DNA of 64,000 bases from Eledone cirrhosa (taxonomy: Eukaryota): positions 390,538,001 to 390,602,000 of the forward strand of contig OZ024741.1 in assembly GCA_964016885.1 (NCBI GenBank). The letters are read 5' to 3'. A program made the position numbers and the translations under genes. The notes beneath the pieces are model-generated. The model had not been told where the DNA came from. It did no database searches and saw only the letters and a list, made by a program, of their open reading frames with translations. Positions 11,473 to 24,076 of the stretch are shown one piece after another (position 1 is the stretch's first letter; the number at the start of each line of letters is the position of its first letter).

Positions 11473-12230
11473 TATTTCATTCTTGATCTGACTATTGTTA
11501 CTGTGTATGGTGACATGGTTACCATTTTCACATTCTCTAAATTGAAAATCATTTGTTGGGGACAGTGGGTGTTCATTGAGATTTCCATAATCTTATTTCA
11601 TTTTCATTTTCCATGCCGCTGTGAGAAAACCACATGAGAAAATGATGAAACAAGCCTGCGGTTAAAAAATTAGATTAATTGTTTGAGAAGTTAAAATGGG
11701 AAGAATGAGGTGTCAAATTTTCAGGAAACAGTTTTTTCTTTTTGTTTTTTGTTGTTTTTTTTAGCTGAATGACTATTTTGACTGTCATGTGAAATCAAGG
11801 AAAATAATATTTCAATAAGGAAGAATACAAATAAAATAAATAAATAAATGCCTTAACCACGAAAATAAGCTGAAAAGAAGCAGTTATTCCACAACATAAA
11901 ACACCTTAAATAGAAAAATATTTTGGCAGAAGCAGCAGCAGATGTAAAACCAGTTAAGATGTAAATAGAAGTCTTCAGAGATTTATAAGTATTACGCAAA
12001 TATCAAATATATTACAGAATACTTGCAATAAGTGGTAATAATATTAACTCGAGTAAAATGAAATTCAAAGCTAGAAAAACACTAAACAATGTTAGAATGT
12101 GCAGAAAATGATGTGGACAATGACATGTTTTTTAAGTAAAATTTGTTGAAGAACTGCAGAAGCTTGAAACATGCAAGAATGAGACTGAAAAAAAAAACTT
12201 GGTTATGATTAAAGTAATAGTAAGACATAA

Positions 12231-12348
12231 TTGTTTCTACTTTAGGCACAAGGCCAGCAATTACCCAGTACATTACTGGTACTTTATTTTATCGACCCCG
12301 TAAGGATGAAAGGCAAAGTTAACCTCGGCTGGATTTGAACTCAGACTG
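12231..12348 (-). mobile_element. 5'-truncated SINE family A, ~21-bp TSD
   Basis: TAAAGTAATAGTAAGACATAA at 12210-12230 and 12349-12369; body nearly identical to the 9461 copy. Confidence 0.88.
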
Positions 12349-13741
12349 TAAAGTAATAGTAAGACATAAAGTAAGAAAAATGGAGTAGCATCAGAAAGAT
12401 GACTTTGCTTAGTAAGTAGAAACTGACTATGATTTAATGAAATCAAACAATAGTGATATGAAATTACTAAAGATATAAAGAAAAACCAGAACTTTCAGTT
12501 CTAACAGTTGTACTAAAGTGGTTAACTGAAGATCATGAAATGTTCAGCTGGTTATCTGGAAATGTTATTGTGTAGATCACACTGACAGCCTCCCTACAGT
12601 TGGTGATCTACACGATAAATGCACCCAGCACACACTGTGAAGTGGTTGGTTAGAAGAAGGGCATCCAGCTGTAGAAAGCTTGCCAAGCAAAGGGATGGGA
12701 GAACCCCTAAGTCATGTCAAGGACACAACAACTTCCCTAGTGTTGGTAATCTAAAAGATAAACACACCGAGTATATGCTGTAAAGTGGTTGGTAGTAGGA
12801 AGGGCATCCGGTTGTAGAAAGTTTGCCAAACAAAGGGTTGAGAGGGCTCTTCAGTTTGTGTCAAAGGCATGACAACCTCTCCTTTGCACTCTGTAGAATA
12901 TGAGACCATATGTAAGTGAGACGCAGATCCTTGGCCTGTCAAAGATCAGTAGCCCAGATTCAGTACTGACCTGGTCTATGTTGACCCATCCAACCCTTGC
13001 TAGCAGGGAAAGCAGACATTACAATGATGTTATCTAATTGACATAATAAATGATGATGTAATGACCAAGAACTGAAGTGGGTGTAAGAGGTTCAGATAAC
13101 AAAGGCTATCTCTTTCCAAATGATAAGTAGACTACATAAAGTTGCTGTTGTTGAAAATGCAATGATTTATGGCAGTGAAACATGAGTAAAGAATGCAAAG
13201 GATCTATCTGGTCTTTTGGATGTAAAATATTAGCCTATGAGAAAGTATGACTACAAGTGCATTAAGAAAGCAACTCATGTTAAAGTCATTGACTTTGATG
13301 TGCAATTGTTATTTAATACCAGGTTAGCCTTATTATCAAAGATATCCCAGCTATGACCATCTTATCTTTTTATATATCCAGATCTGTGGTGCACACATAT
13401 GATGATTGCTGGGTGAAGAAGTGCCAGGAAATTCCAGTGGTAGGAAGCCACAATAAAGGTGGACAAAGGAAGGCCTGGGCAGAGGTAGTGAAAGTTGATC
13501 TCAAATAACTGAGACTCAGAGGAGATGATGAAGGAATGCAGCAAATGACCTGTCCAACCCATACAAACGTGAAAAAAATGGACGTAAAAAACATGGTGAT
13601 GATGAACTGCTGTAAAATAATAGGGTGTGATTTGAGAAAGATTTTTAGCAGGTCAGCCGACCACATAGAAGCTCCCTTGTTGGTTGAGCTGTGCAGTTTT
13701 CTTTATATGTAAAGAGATAATAACATTATTCCAATCCAGAG

Positions 13742-14089
13742 CCATCTCACTCCAGCTGGAGGAACCCGTGTATGGTTGACCTCCACCGCTTCTGTTTGGT
13801 TTTGGTTATGTCAGAAGTGTAACCATACTCACCACACTTGGTTAATTGCAAATTGGTAAGGCTTTTTAACCCATAGTTGGCATGGATGGCAATTGCAATG
13901 GTCAATGCACTGAGTCTGAGCTCATCCACCCTTTCAACAGCTCTTGTTTTTGTGTTACTGGGGTTCAACTTACCCTTCTCACAAGACAAGGGTCTGGTGG
14001 AGGAGCCGGTTTAGTCACCAACCACTTGATCATGAAGCAGGTTGTACTGAGTTACATGGTACCAGTAGCAGGCAGAAGCCAGACCTGAC
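13742..14089 (-). mobile_element. Interspersed repeat X (unclassified, possibly RTE 5'-derived), inverted relative to the copy at 22725-23222
   Basis: Reverse complement aligns by eye with 22828-23217 (GGCTTCTGCCTGCTACTGGTACCATGTAAC...CAACTATGGGTTA...CTGACAT.ACCAAAACCAAACA). Confidence 0.75.
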
Positions 14090-14424
14090 ATAAAATTACA
14101 CTATCAATGTACATGTAATGTACATTGATGATTATGTTGAGATGGAGAAAGTGAGAGAATACCGTTGATAAAGGAAGATATTCATAATAGAATCAAGAAA
14201 AGATTTGAAAGAAATAGTATAATATAACCTGAGAAACATTATAAAGGTGGCATCAAGGTATCAAAAGACATGGAAATGCAGTATTGTAGGCCAAACCAAG
14301 CCATGCCAGCATGGGAAAATACGGACAATAGAACAATAGCAAATAATTACTGATGAAGACTTTGATAGGAAAGACTACCTAAAAATTGGACTGTAATTCT
14401 CTCATTTAAACAAATGAAACTTAC

Positions 14425-14506
14425 CTTTAATTGTCGCCCATCCTCTACCAGGTCCATCTTCATTCACATTCAAAGGAGTAGTTGGGTCACTTTTGACATC
14501 AGATGC
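14425..14506 (-). CDS. PIP5K1: PIP5K1 kinase-insert exon (82 nt, phase 0-1): ASDVKSDPTTPLNVNEDGPGRGWATIK
   Basis: Acceptor ttttactcag, donor AAG|gtaagt; open in the frame set by the previous exon; position matches the variable insert after MDYSL. Confidence 0.8.
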
Positions 14507-14544
14507 CTGAGTAAAAGACAACAAATATTGAATATGGAAAGACT

Positions 14545-14882
14545 GATCACTGAATATACAATGTAAATGTGAGAGAAAGGCAAAGCTTGGATGAACTGGA
14601 GGAGAAACTAGGTTTAAGAAGAATCAGATGTAGTGTGCAAGAGAGAAGACTGTGTTGGTATGGACATGTGATGTGCAATGGGTGAAGAAGTGCCAGTGAA
14701 AGGAAGCCACAGTAGAGTTTGACTAAAGAAGACCTGCGCAGAGATGAGGACAGCTGATCTCAAATCACTGAAACACACAGAGGAGATAACAAAGGAACGC
14801 AATGAGTGAAGAGATGCTGTGCTGAAATAGAGCCATCCAACCTATGCACGTGTGGAAATAGATGTAAAAATGATGATGATCA
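14545..14882 (+). mobile_element. 3' end of the RTE LINE family with a (GAT)n tail; further copies near 13400-13605 and 17565-17738
   Basis: AGAGAAGACTG..TTGGTATGGACATGTGATG followed by GGAAA..GA.GTAAAA.TGATGATG. Confidence 0.75.
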
Positions 14883-15379
14883 TCATCAACAACATATACA
14901 CAAAGAAAAACTTTTTCAAAAGCCACTACTACATGCTGCAATATAGTAAATGTTGCAGAACTGCAGACAATGCAGTATTGCAGATGCTGCAGTATTACAC
15001 TATAACAGTAGATGCAACAGATGCATCAGTAATGCAGATGTTGCAATATAAGACATCACAGATTCTGCAATATTGTAGATGTTGCTGTATTACAAACTTG
15101 CAGAACAACCTATTCCTGAGATTAACATGCAAGTGGCTGAATATTCCACAAATACATGTATGCCTAACATAATTCTCAAGGTACACTCCATCTAACGTGC
15201 TTCCAAACAGTTTCTGTTTGCACAATTTCACTCACAAGGATTGAGTTGACCTGAAGCTATGGTAAGTGATGCTTACCCTGGATGCTACACAGTGGGGTTA
15301 AAACCAATATGTCAGGTTTTCTGAATCATTCTTAATCATCCATTAATGTAAAACAATATATAAATGTGTATGTGTGTAT

Positions 15380-15870
15380 GATATGATCTTCACAGTCAGA
15401 CAACTGCAAGAAAAATGTATTGAACAGAATCTTGCCCTCTACCACTATTTTGTTGATTTCAGTAAGGCATTTGATACCATTAATAGGAATACCCTGGGGT
15501 TCGTTTTGTCAAAATTTGGTTGCCCGCAAAACTTTGAGAATTTATTGAAAGCTCTCCACGAAGACATGAAAGCTAGAATTAACTTTGGGGGTACACTCGC
15601 CGAGCCTTTTGCAGTGGAAAATGATGTGATGCACCTACTCTCTTTGTGTTATATTTTCCGCCATGGTCTCTCATGCTTTCCAGAACAATAATAAAGGGGT
15701 GTATGTAAGATATCTTACAACAGGAAGTGTCTTTAATTTAGCATGGATGAAATTCAAGACTAAAGTGTTCACCTCACTAATAAGATATCTTCTGTATGCC
15801 AATGTCTATGACCTTGTCAGTCAAACTGAGCATAGTTTGCAACTGTTGATATCAGCATTTGATACGAGCA
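15380..15870 (+). mobile_element. RTE (BovB-like) RT fragment
   Basis: DMIFTVRQLQEKCIEQN..LY..FVDFSKAFDTINR..L..VLSKFGCP. Confidence 0.85.
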
Positions 15871-16104
15871 GAGAGCCAAAATGAATAGCACAAAGCACTC
15901 TATCCGTCGTTTTAACCACTCTGCCAATTTGCTGCCTATCTCACTGCTATGTAGTTAATAAACTAGTTCCCTACTGACAAAACTGTTAGGAAAATTCATC
16001 ATAAAACATTAACCTTTTTAATACCACTCACCTGAAATCAGCCATGGTTTTATGATATACAACTGCCTATTTTAAAGTGTTCATATTTATATTAAAAGCT
16101 TCCA

Positions 16105-16595
16105 TTGCAGTAATGTGGCAGCTTCAGCATTTGGTAATCAGAAGAAGGGAGGTAAGTGTAAAAGCCAAACTCACTATCTTCAATTCAGTATTCATGCCAG
16201 CCCTTATCTATGCTCATGGAACTTTGGTAATGGCCGAAAGAATATGATCGTGAATACAAGCAGCCAAAATGGGGTTCCTCCAAAGGGTCTTCAAAATAAT
16301 ATTAGTCAATTGAATGCGTAGCTCAGTGATCACAGCTCCGATATTACTGGCATACGATTAAAATGTCTCAGGAAAGAATTGCTGGACGGATTTTCCGAGC
16401 AAAACTGACAAACAGGAGATCCAGGGGTAGATCCTGAGCAAGCTAGTTGGATAATATCCATGAGCTCAGCTGGTTTCGCTTCGGGATCCAGCTGGATCAA
16501 TTGGAGACAGTTGCTTCTGACAGGACCCGCTGCAAGGAATGTTTGCGGACTGTGCCCCCATGACTTTCCCAGAAATAAGTGAGTGAAGAAGAAGC
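16105..16595 (+). mobile_element. 3' end of a second RTE family with a (GAA)n tail; sister fragments 18425-18892 (+) and 25975-26375 (+)
   Basis: Shared ...GGATAA.ATCCATGA.CT.AG.TGG...GATCCAGC..GATCAATTG...; matches the 3' end of the minus-strand element at 61418-61930. Confidence 0.8.
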
Positions 16596-17012
16596 TTCCA
16601 TCATATGATTTTTAAAATATTTTTGTTAAATGATGTTTCAAATAGCAAATTATTAATGAATCAAGTTATTTTATTAAATTCCTCCAAATTTTTCATTGTC
16701 TTCAATATTATTTGAAACATAGACAGTGCATTTCATTAGAAATACAGTAACAAAATGGATAACCCTTTTGTTACCAACATGGCCAAAACCAGCTCTGATT
16801 CTATGAAATAAAAACCCCCATTTTTAAAATTTCCAATTTAAATTAAAAAAATATTCCAATATAATTTTATATAAGAACCTTACATTAATCTTAGTTATGA
16901 AATAATTGATTTTTTAGTAAATCCTTCAAAATTCCTCATTAATTAATTGAGTGTTTCAATAGAAATATGGTCATAAAATGGTTTAAAAATGCAAACTATT
17001 TTAATTGCTTAC

Positions 17013-17105
17013 CTTCTCCTTCTCTTTCTCCTTGGCAGCTGCGAGATCAAGATTATATATACCGACCAGTAAACTGTAATCCATAATCTTGAAGCTTTCT
17101 AACAC
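17013..17105 (-). CDS. PIP5K1: PIP5K1 coding exon (93 nt): VLESFKIMDYSLLVGIYNLDLAAAKEKEKEK
   Basis: Acceptor ttaatag, donor AAG|gtaagc; catalytic MDYSL motif. Confidence 0.96.
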
Positions 17106-19132
17106 CTATTAAGTAAATGAAAAGAAATTAGAAAAACTAATGTTGAATTTCAAATTGTTTAAAATATGAGAGAGAGAGCGAGAGAGAGTTTACAAAGTAA
17201 ATTAAGTGACTATTTCACATATCTATTGCTTTGCTGTAACTAACAAAAGAATAGACAGATGTGCAAATAAAGTTACACAGATACAATATAAAGTTCACTC
17301 AGAGCCAATTAGTATTCCAAACACACAACTTTACTAATCACAGAGCTATCCTAACACACCTATAGAGCATCCTATAAAACTGAACACAAGTACTGTATAT
17401 ACTCAAATATAAGCCAACCCCTTCCCCATTTTTACCATCAATTTTTTGGTCACATATTCCTCGGTTTATAATCAAGAATATACAGTAAGTACCATGAAGC
17501 CTATTTGTTGACTGGCTATCTATGTTCATCAGCTGTGCACACATCTGTATTGAACAATACAATGTTAGACCAAAGAAGACCTGGGCAAATGTGATGAGAG
17601 CTGATCTTAAATCACAGACTCACAGAGGAGATGATGAAGGTAATGTGGCAAGTGGAGAGATGCCATGCTGAAAAGGACCTGTCCAACCAATGCAAGTGTG
17701 GAAAAACGGACGTAATGATGATGATGATGATGATGATGAATATAATCACAGGTGCAGTGTGGAAATTTTATGATAACACCTCATATTTTAGGAAACTCCT
17801 CTAAGTAAAAAAGTTGACCATTCTAAATGTATAAATACATTTTAGGAGTATGACAAATAACTAAATATACAGAGAAAAAAAAACAATATCAAAGTAACCC
17901 ATGGGTAATGCAGTGATAGAGGCTACATTCCTTTAACTCTTCATGTTCTTTACTACATAAGGAAGACATTCTTGAAAAATAACACGGTTCCAGTAATTTT
18001 AACGAACTCATTAATATAAGGGAAGTAACTAACTGCTTCTGAAATTTTTCCTCATATTTTTCTTTAAAAAATAGCTGCAATACATTCGTCAATGACGGCG
18101 AATGTTGACGATTTAATTGATAAGAATATTTTGGTTTTGAAGATATTTTGTGATGCATGATAATGTCTGTTACTAACTGCATTTAATATTAACACGTTTG
18201 TTTTTTACATTGTACACCTGTTTTTTTGTTATTATTATCTAATAAATTAACAACTATGCATATATAACACTATCTTTTGATCATAATTTATTGCATCACA
18301 TTAAATATTAAAGTCTTCCTATTATACTAATACTGCAAATTTTCACAATGATCTATCCAATAGTAAAGATACCATGAACATTTGAATTAATAAACCTACT
18401 TTTAGACATGCCCCTCCTGGATGTTTAAAAGCAGGCGTTGGTGCACTGATGCACCAGTTACAGCATTCAATAATCAGAAAAAAGTGAGGTAGGTATAAAA
18501 GCCAAACGCACTATCTTCAATTCTGGGGTAATGACTGAAAGAATACGATTGTGAATACAAGCAGCCGAAAGGGGGTTCCTCTGAAGGGTATTTGAAGTAA
18601 CATGGCTCGATAGAGTGTGTAGTTCAGAGATCAGAGAATCTTCTCCGAATTGAGAGATCACAGCTCAAGAAAGAACCACTGGACAGATTTTATTGGCAAA
18701 ACTAACTGTCAGGAGACCCGGGGGTAGACTCCAAACAATATGGTTGGATAACATCCATGAACTCAGTTGGTCTTGCATCAGGATCCAGCCGGATCAATTG
18801 GAGATGGTGCTTCTGACAGGACCTGCCCACTGGAAGGAGTGCTTGAGGATTCTGCTTCTATGGCCTTCTCAAGAATAAGTGGACAGAAAAGAAGTTTTTA
18901 GACATTTTCTCCTAAATCCTTACAAGATGTTAAAAGTTAAAGCATGTTGCATTGGTAGTCATTAGAGCATCAAAGAAAATGTGATATTTAGTTATAGGCC
19001 TTTACATTCGAAGTTCAAATCCCATCTAGGACAATGTTTTCTTTCATCCTTCTGGGATCAATAAAATGAACTAGCAGCCATAAGCTGGGGTAAATTTCAT
19101 CTGCTATTTTTTCTTCTTTTTTTTTAAATGAT

Positions 19133-19381
19133 TGACAAGATCCCAGACCTCACTCACTTACCGAGTGGGGTGTAACTCATCAAATCGGACCAATGAAACA
19201 ATATTTCCATTGGTCTTTCCATTGCTAGTTCTATCTACCAGTCATAAATCCTGGCAGAAAGAGAAACATGAAATAAAGTGTCTTGATCAAGGACATAATG
19301 CACTGCCCAGTCCGGGAATCAAACTCGCATTCTCATGATTGTGAATCAAATTCTCTCTATAAACTAAGCCATGTGCCTTCA
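19133..19381 (-). mobile_element. tRNA-derived CORE-like SINE family B; other copies near 20980-21175, 23600-23818, 39783-39895, 42065-42180 (+), 55315-55420
   Basis: Minus strand GGCACATGGCTTAG head, B-box GAGTTTGATTCC, TGTCCTTGA.CAAGACACTTTATTTC CORE-like segment, shared tail GAAA.ATTGTTTC.TTGGTC..ATTTGATGAG. Confidence 0.7.
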
Positions 19382-19433
19382 CGTAATCTGCTAAACCCTC
19401 GCCCCCAATGTTAGAAATTAGTATTAAACTAAC

Positions 19434-19673
19434 CCGGCAATCTCTTTGTATAGTCTTGATTAGAGCATCATACGTTTCTTTCTCAAGAGTGAGGCCATCA
19501 GGATGGTTATCCAGGAAATCTAGATCTTTTAATGTAGGACTTTCCTTCGCTCGTTCATGTCGGGAGGCTTTCCGTTTGTAAGTGCTGCCTTTCAAGTCAT
19601 ACTTTTCAGTTAATTTGATGGAAGACGGCAGCAGGTTATTCATCACACAGAAACGGATATTTTTACCGGCACA
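19434..19673 (-). CDS. PIP5K1: PIP5K1 coding exon (240 nt): CAGKNIRFCVMNNLLP...KYDLKGSTYKRKAS...PTLKDLDFL...IQRDCR
   Basis: Acceptor ccttcag after a pyrimidine tract, donor CGG|gttagt; DLKGS and T.KDLDF motifs (overlaps track ORF 19287..19646). Confidence 0.97.
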
Positions 19674-19985
19674 CTGAAGGCAGAAAAAGAAAATACAAGA
19701 TGGTTGCTGCTGGAAATTTGAGATAGATAAGAAGAAAAGACTTGAGAATTTATAACAGAGACAAGAAACATATAGTTCATATCTAAACCAAAATATTAGT
19801 TAATATGGAGAATTTGACAGTGATATAAGTTAGCTGTAGAGAGGTTGATCACTGAGACCAATAAAAGATTAGAGGAAATGTTTCAGACAAAAAGTAATAT
19901 ATATACAAGCAAAAAAAAACCCAAAAAATTAACAGCACAGTGATATTTGAATAAATGGAAGAGATTTTTTTTAACAATTACTTAC

Positions 19986-20045
19986 TTGATAACAGTAGAG
20001 ACCATAAAATTTTGGTAAGAGGGTTCGTGGATTTTGATTTAAATT
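19986..20045 (-). CDS. PIP5K1: PIP5K1 coding exon (60 nt): [20 protein letters not shown]
   Basis: Acceptor atttcag, donor CAA|gtaagt; [14 protein letters not shown] motif. Confidence 0.96.
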
Positions 20046-22301
20046 CTGAAATATATATTTTTTATATGAAATAAACAAATGTTTATTAAGTTAATGTTTT
20101 ATTTAATAAAAAATAAAAAATAATAATTGTTATTATGTTAAGTATGATTAATTTATGTGTGGTAAGCATGAAACTAAAATTTATATAGAATAGGAAGTTG
20201 TGATATTCATGTCATTCCAAAAGTTATTTTCAACAATTGAAATAAGTGCCAGAACCACAAAGGGACAAACTAACTACAAAATTTATCAATGAGATTGTCT
20301 TGAATAAATTCCCACCTTCCTCAAATCAGTATTTTATGTTTGGTTCAGTAGAATCAGTAGCATCGTTATCAGGTTACAGACAATTCTGAAAATTTTAGGA
20401 GTTTACAAGTATTCTTGAAGCAAATTGTTTGCCTCTGGATCTCCTTCACGACACTAATATCTGTTGATATTATGAAGGATACCCAAGATCTACTAATGGA
20501 TATTAGCCTTGTGCATCTGTCTGTCACACACTAGAGATGACTGAGGAAGGAATGGGTGTCTAATACACACACATCTATGTGATGACTGAGGAAGTGGGGA
20601 GGTAACTATAGAAGTCCAGCATTCTAAGATTCATCACAGCTGTGTGTTTGCATGTTTGTATCACTTGTATGAGTGAGCACAAGGAACCAACCAACCAACC
20701 AACCAACCAACAAACAAACAAACATCTCTTTTTATATTATGTATAGATATTACAATTAGCAATCATTTTTGACAGCACGGGGCCAGCTGCTATATCTATA
20801 AATTCTAATATCTATTTACCCTGGCATCAGTACAAGAGAAAATGTTCTCTCAAATAACTCAAACTATTCTCTACACGGTAGAGTAACTTGTAGAATATGT
20901 TGCTAAAATGTTGACAAACAACAGCAGCTCTATATAATATTGAGTGTAAATAACAAAAAGGAAATGAAAAGAGCCAATTGTCAGATCAGACCAAGGAAAC
21001 AATGTTTCTGTTGGTCTTTCCATTGCTGATACTATCTGCCAGTCACAACTCTTGAAAGAATGAATAATGTCAAAGAAACAATTTTGCTCAAAAACAGCAT
21101 GCTGCCTGGTCAAGGAATTGAAACCATAACCTTATGATTATGAGTCTAACACCCTACTCACTAAGCCATGTGCCTGTAAATAACAATAATGAGCTGATTT
21201 AATTAGACATAAAGATCTAAAATTGTGAAAAGGAGACAAAGAAAATTTAAAATGTTGATTTTCATGTCTTTCAAAAGAACATGTAAGTGCAAACTGAAAA
21301 TGTTGTCTAAGAATAGATGAGGAACTATTTCTGGGACATTCTCAGACACATAGATACTTATTCTTGAAAACTTATTAGACTGAGACAATGTAAAATGAAA
21401 CAATAAAATGAACTGTTCAATCTAGAATCAACAAAACATCTACAATAAATTTAGCCTCTTTTTTTAAAAAAAAAAAATGTTTAGCCAAGGTTACTGAGAC
21501 TGATGGAAGATAGCTAGGAAGGTATCCTTAAAGATTAGCCCTGGCCTGAATGCTTAAAACATAGTGAACTCTGCTAAAAGCACCCAAGAGCCAGATGGTG
21601 GTGTTAAACCAGACAATGGATTAGGTCTACCACTGAAGTAGACCAAGACAGAATTTGCACTCAGAATACAAAGAGCCAGAAGAAATACCACAAAGCATCA
21701 TACCTAATACATAAACAATTCTTTCAAGTCATTGCCCTGATACTTTATTTTATTGACACTGAAGGGATGAAAGGCAAAGTTAACTTAAGCAGGAACTGCA
21801 CTTATAGTGCTATGAGCCAGTACAAATACAGCAAGGCATTTTGTCCTATACACTGAATGATCTGCTAATTCATATCCTGTAGGTAGTAGACTATCAGAAT
21901 AGTTAGTACAACACCTTATCCACTTAGCCAAGCAATTCCAACTGGAAACTGAAAGTGAATTTTAATTCACTGAAAATTAATGTTAGCAGTAAGAAAGAAC
22001 ATCAAGCACTATGCTGAGCTCCAAGGGATTCAAACCTTTTCTCACACAATGTCCCTCTAGTTCTGGTTTGCTTCAGCCACCATCTTCATATAATTAGTTA
22101 GTAGACTGTATGAAACATACTCACACTACACCACACTTAACCAAGCATTACATGATGGTGTGCGCTTGTCAAAATTTAACATTTTGCATAACTGGTGTAA
22201 ATTCTGAGTTGCTGATAGGCATTTTACAAAACTGAGTAGCATAAATAGCAAATGCGAAGAATAATAAAATTCAAAAGATTGTTTTATGAAAATATACAAA
22301 C

Positions 22302-22454
22302 CAGATAATAGCCTGGAAGCAATTTTTGTAAAAATTCTGCCTCTTTGTGTTGGACAGTTTTTATGATGAACTCATCATCATCAGTGATATAAAATATACT
22401 GCCACTAGCTCCAGGGTTACAAAGTTCCTGAAGGGGTTCTGTGCACAATGAAAG
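22302..22454 (-). CDS. PIP5K1: PIP5K1 coding exon (153 nt): [51 protein letters not shown]
   Basis: Acceptor tttgtag, donor CTG|gtttgt; G-loop GASGS and ATP-binding IIK lysine. Confidence 0.97.
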
Positions 22455-22724
22455 CTACAAAGAAAATTAAATCCTTTACAGATTGATACATAAATGTATA
22501 TTACACATTCTTTTATAGACCATCATCGTTTAACATCCACTTTCCACACTAGATATCAAATAATACCCCCATAAACCATCTTTTCCTAATTTGGCATAGA
22601 TGTAAAATCTACACTACCCTTAGTAGATTTGAAAACCAAAGAAAAACTAAGCTGCCCATGTTGAAAAACCTTTAGCATCACAAAATATTCCAGACATTAT
22701 CATCATCATCATCATCATATATGG

Positions 22725-23222
22725 GGTCTAGTCTGGTTTCTGCCTGCTACTGTACCATGTAACTCAGTACAACCAGCTTCATGTTTGAGTGGTCAGTGAC
22801 TAAACCAGCTCCCCAAGAAGACTCTGGTCAGGTCAGGCTTCTGCCTGCTACTGGTACCATGTAACCCAGTACAACCTGCTTCAGGGTCAGGTCAGGTTTC
22901 TAGTTGCTACTGTACCATGTAACCCAATATAAGCTGCTTCATGGTTGAGTGGTCGATGACTAAACCACATCCTCCACCACATCCTGATCTGATTAGGAGG
23001 CTAAGTGGAACCCCGGCATCATAAAAAACAAGAGCCACTAAAAGGACAGATGGACTCCTCAGAGTCAACAGCCATCCACCCCAACTATGGGTTAGAAAGC
23101 CTCACCATCTCACAGTTGGCCAAGCACAATATGGCTACACCTCTGACATGACCAAAACCAAACAAAAAGTGGTGGTGGTCAATTAGGGTGAGGTTCCTCC
23201 AACAGAAGTGAGAAGGTCCTGA
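22725..23222 (+). mobile_element. Interspersed repeat X with its 5' segment reiterated three times
   Basis: CTGCTACT(G)GTACCATGTAAC variants at about 22744, 22846 and 22905. Confidence 0.75.
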
Positions 23223-23958
23223 ATTGGATTAGCTTCAACTTAGTACAAAATTAAAGATGATCCATTTTATACATCACAAGCATTAATAAAATATGAAAAA
23301 ATACATCAAATGAATGAAGCTGATGATGATATACTTATCGCTATGAATTTTTCTGTCTTTCACAGAAACCTGGCAATATCTTTACCATAGAAGCATGGTG
23401 ATACCTTTACCATAGAAACATGACAATATGTTTACCATATCAATGAAGGAAAACATTTCATCTCACAAAATGTTTAAAACATCAAAATTAGGGTTTCTTA
23501 AACTGGTCCATATAGAACTCAAGAGGATGAATAAAATATTGGCAGGGGAGAATAAAAGATTAGAGGCCCATTAGGATTAAATCTTTTTTTTTAATCGATC
23601 AATAAGATGTGGTGGAACTCATCAAATCGGATCAAGGAAACAATGTTTCCATTGGTCTTTCCATTACTGATACTATCTACTAGTTGGAACTCCTGTCAGA
23701 AAGAGCAACATGAAATAAAGTTCTTGCTCAAGGACATAATTCATCACCTGGTCCAGGAATTGAACTCAATCTCACGAATGCTAATCCAATTCTCTAACCA
23801 CTAAGCCACATGCCTTGACAAGGATATAATTTACCAGTTTGTATTTGTTTAATCCTTTTATAAAAGTAGAACAAAAATTACTGGATCATAAAGACCCCCA
23901 AACCAGAAATTGTAGACTAAACAACAGAAACACAGAAAAATTTTAATTCTATAGTTAC

Positions 23959-24076
23959 CATAAAATCATCAGCATGGATTCCAAATAGTTCACGGAAATA
24001 TCGAAAAGCTACAGGAGCATACGTCTTGAATCGAAAATCACTGTAGTGATGGGCTGGTGTAAGATTACTACCTTCA
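23959..24076 (-). CDS. PIP5K1: PIP5K1 coding exon (118 nt, phase 2-0): (S)[39 protein letters not shown]
   Basis: Acceptor atttcag, donor ATG|gtaact; [20 protein letters not shown] motif. Confidence 0.97.

Noticed and set aside
20535-20640. Tandem GATGACTGAGGA motifs with TGTGATGA/TCATCACA pairing as a hammerhead relic; also CTGAAGA-TCAT-GAAA at ~12526
   Set aside because: The first lacks GAAA and a stem III; the second has no stem II or stem I. At most decayed relics.
22880-23020. HDV-like ribozyme at the 5' end of repeat X
   Set aside because: Some pairings are possible (GGTCTGG/CCAGACC in the 14 kb copy), but I could not build P3/P1.1 of the double pseudoknot by eye.
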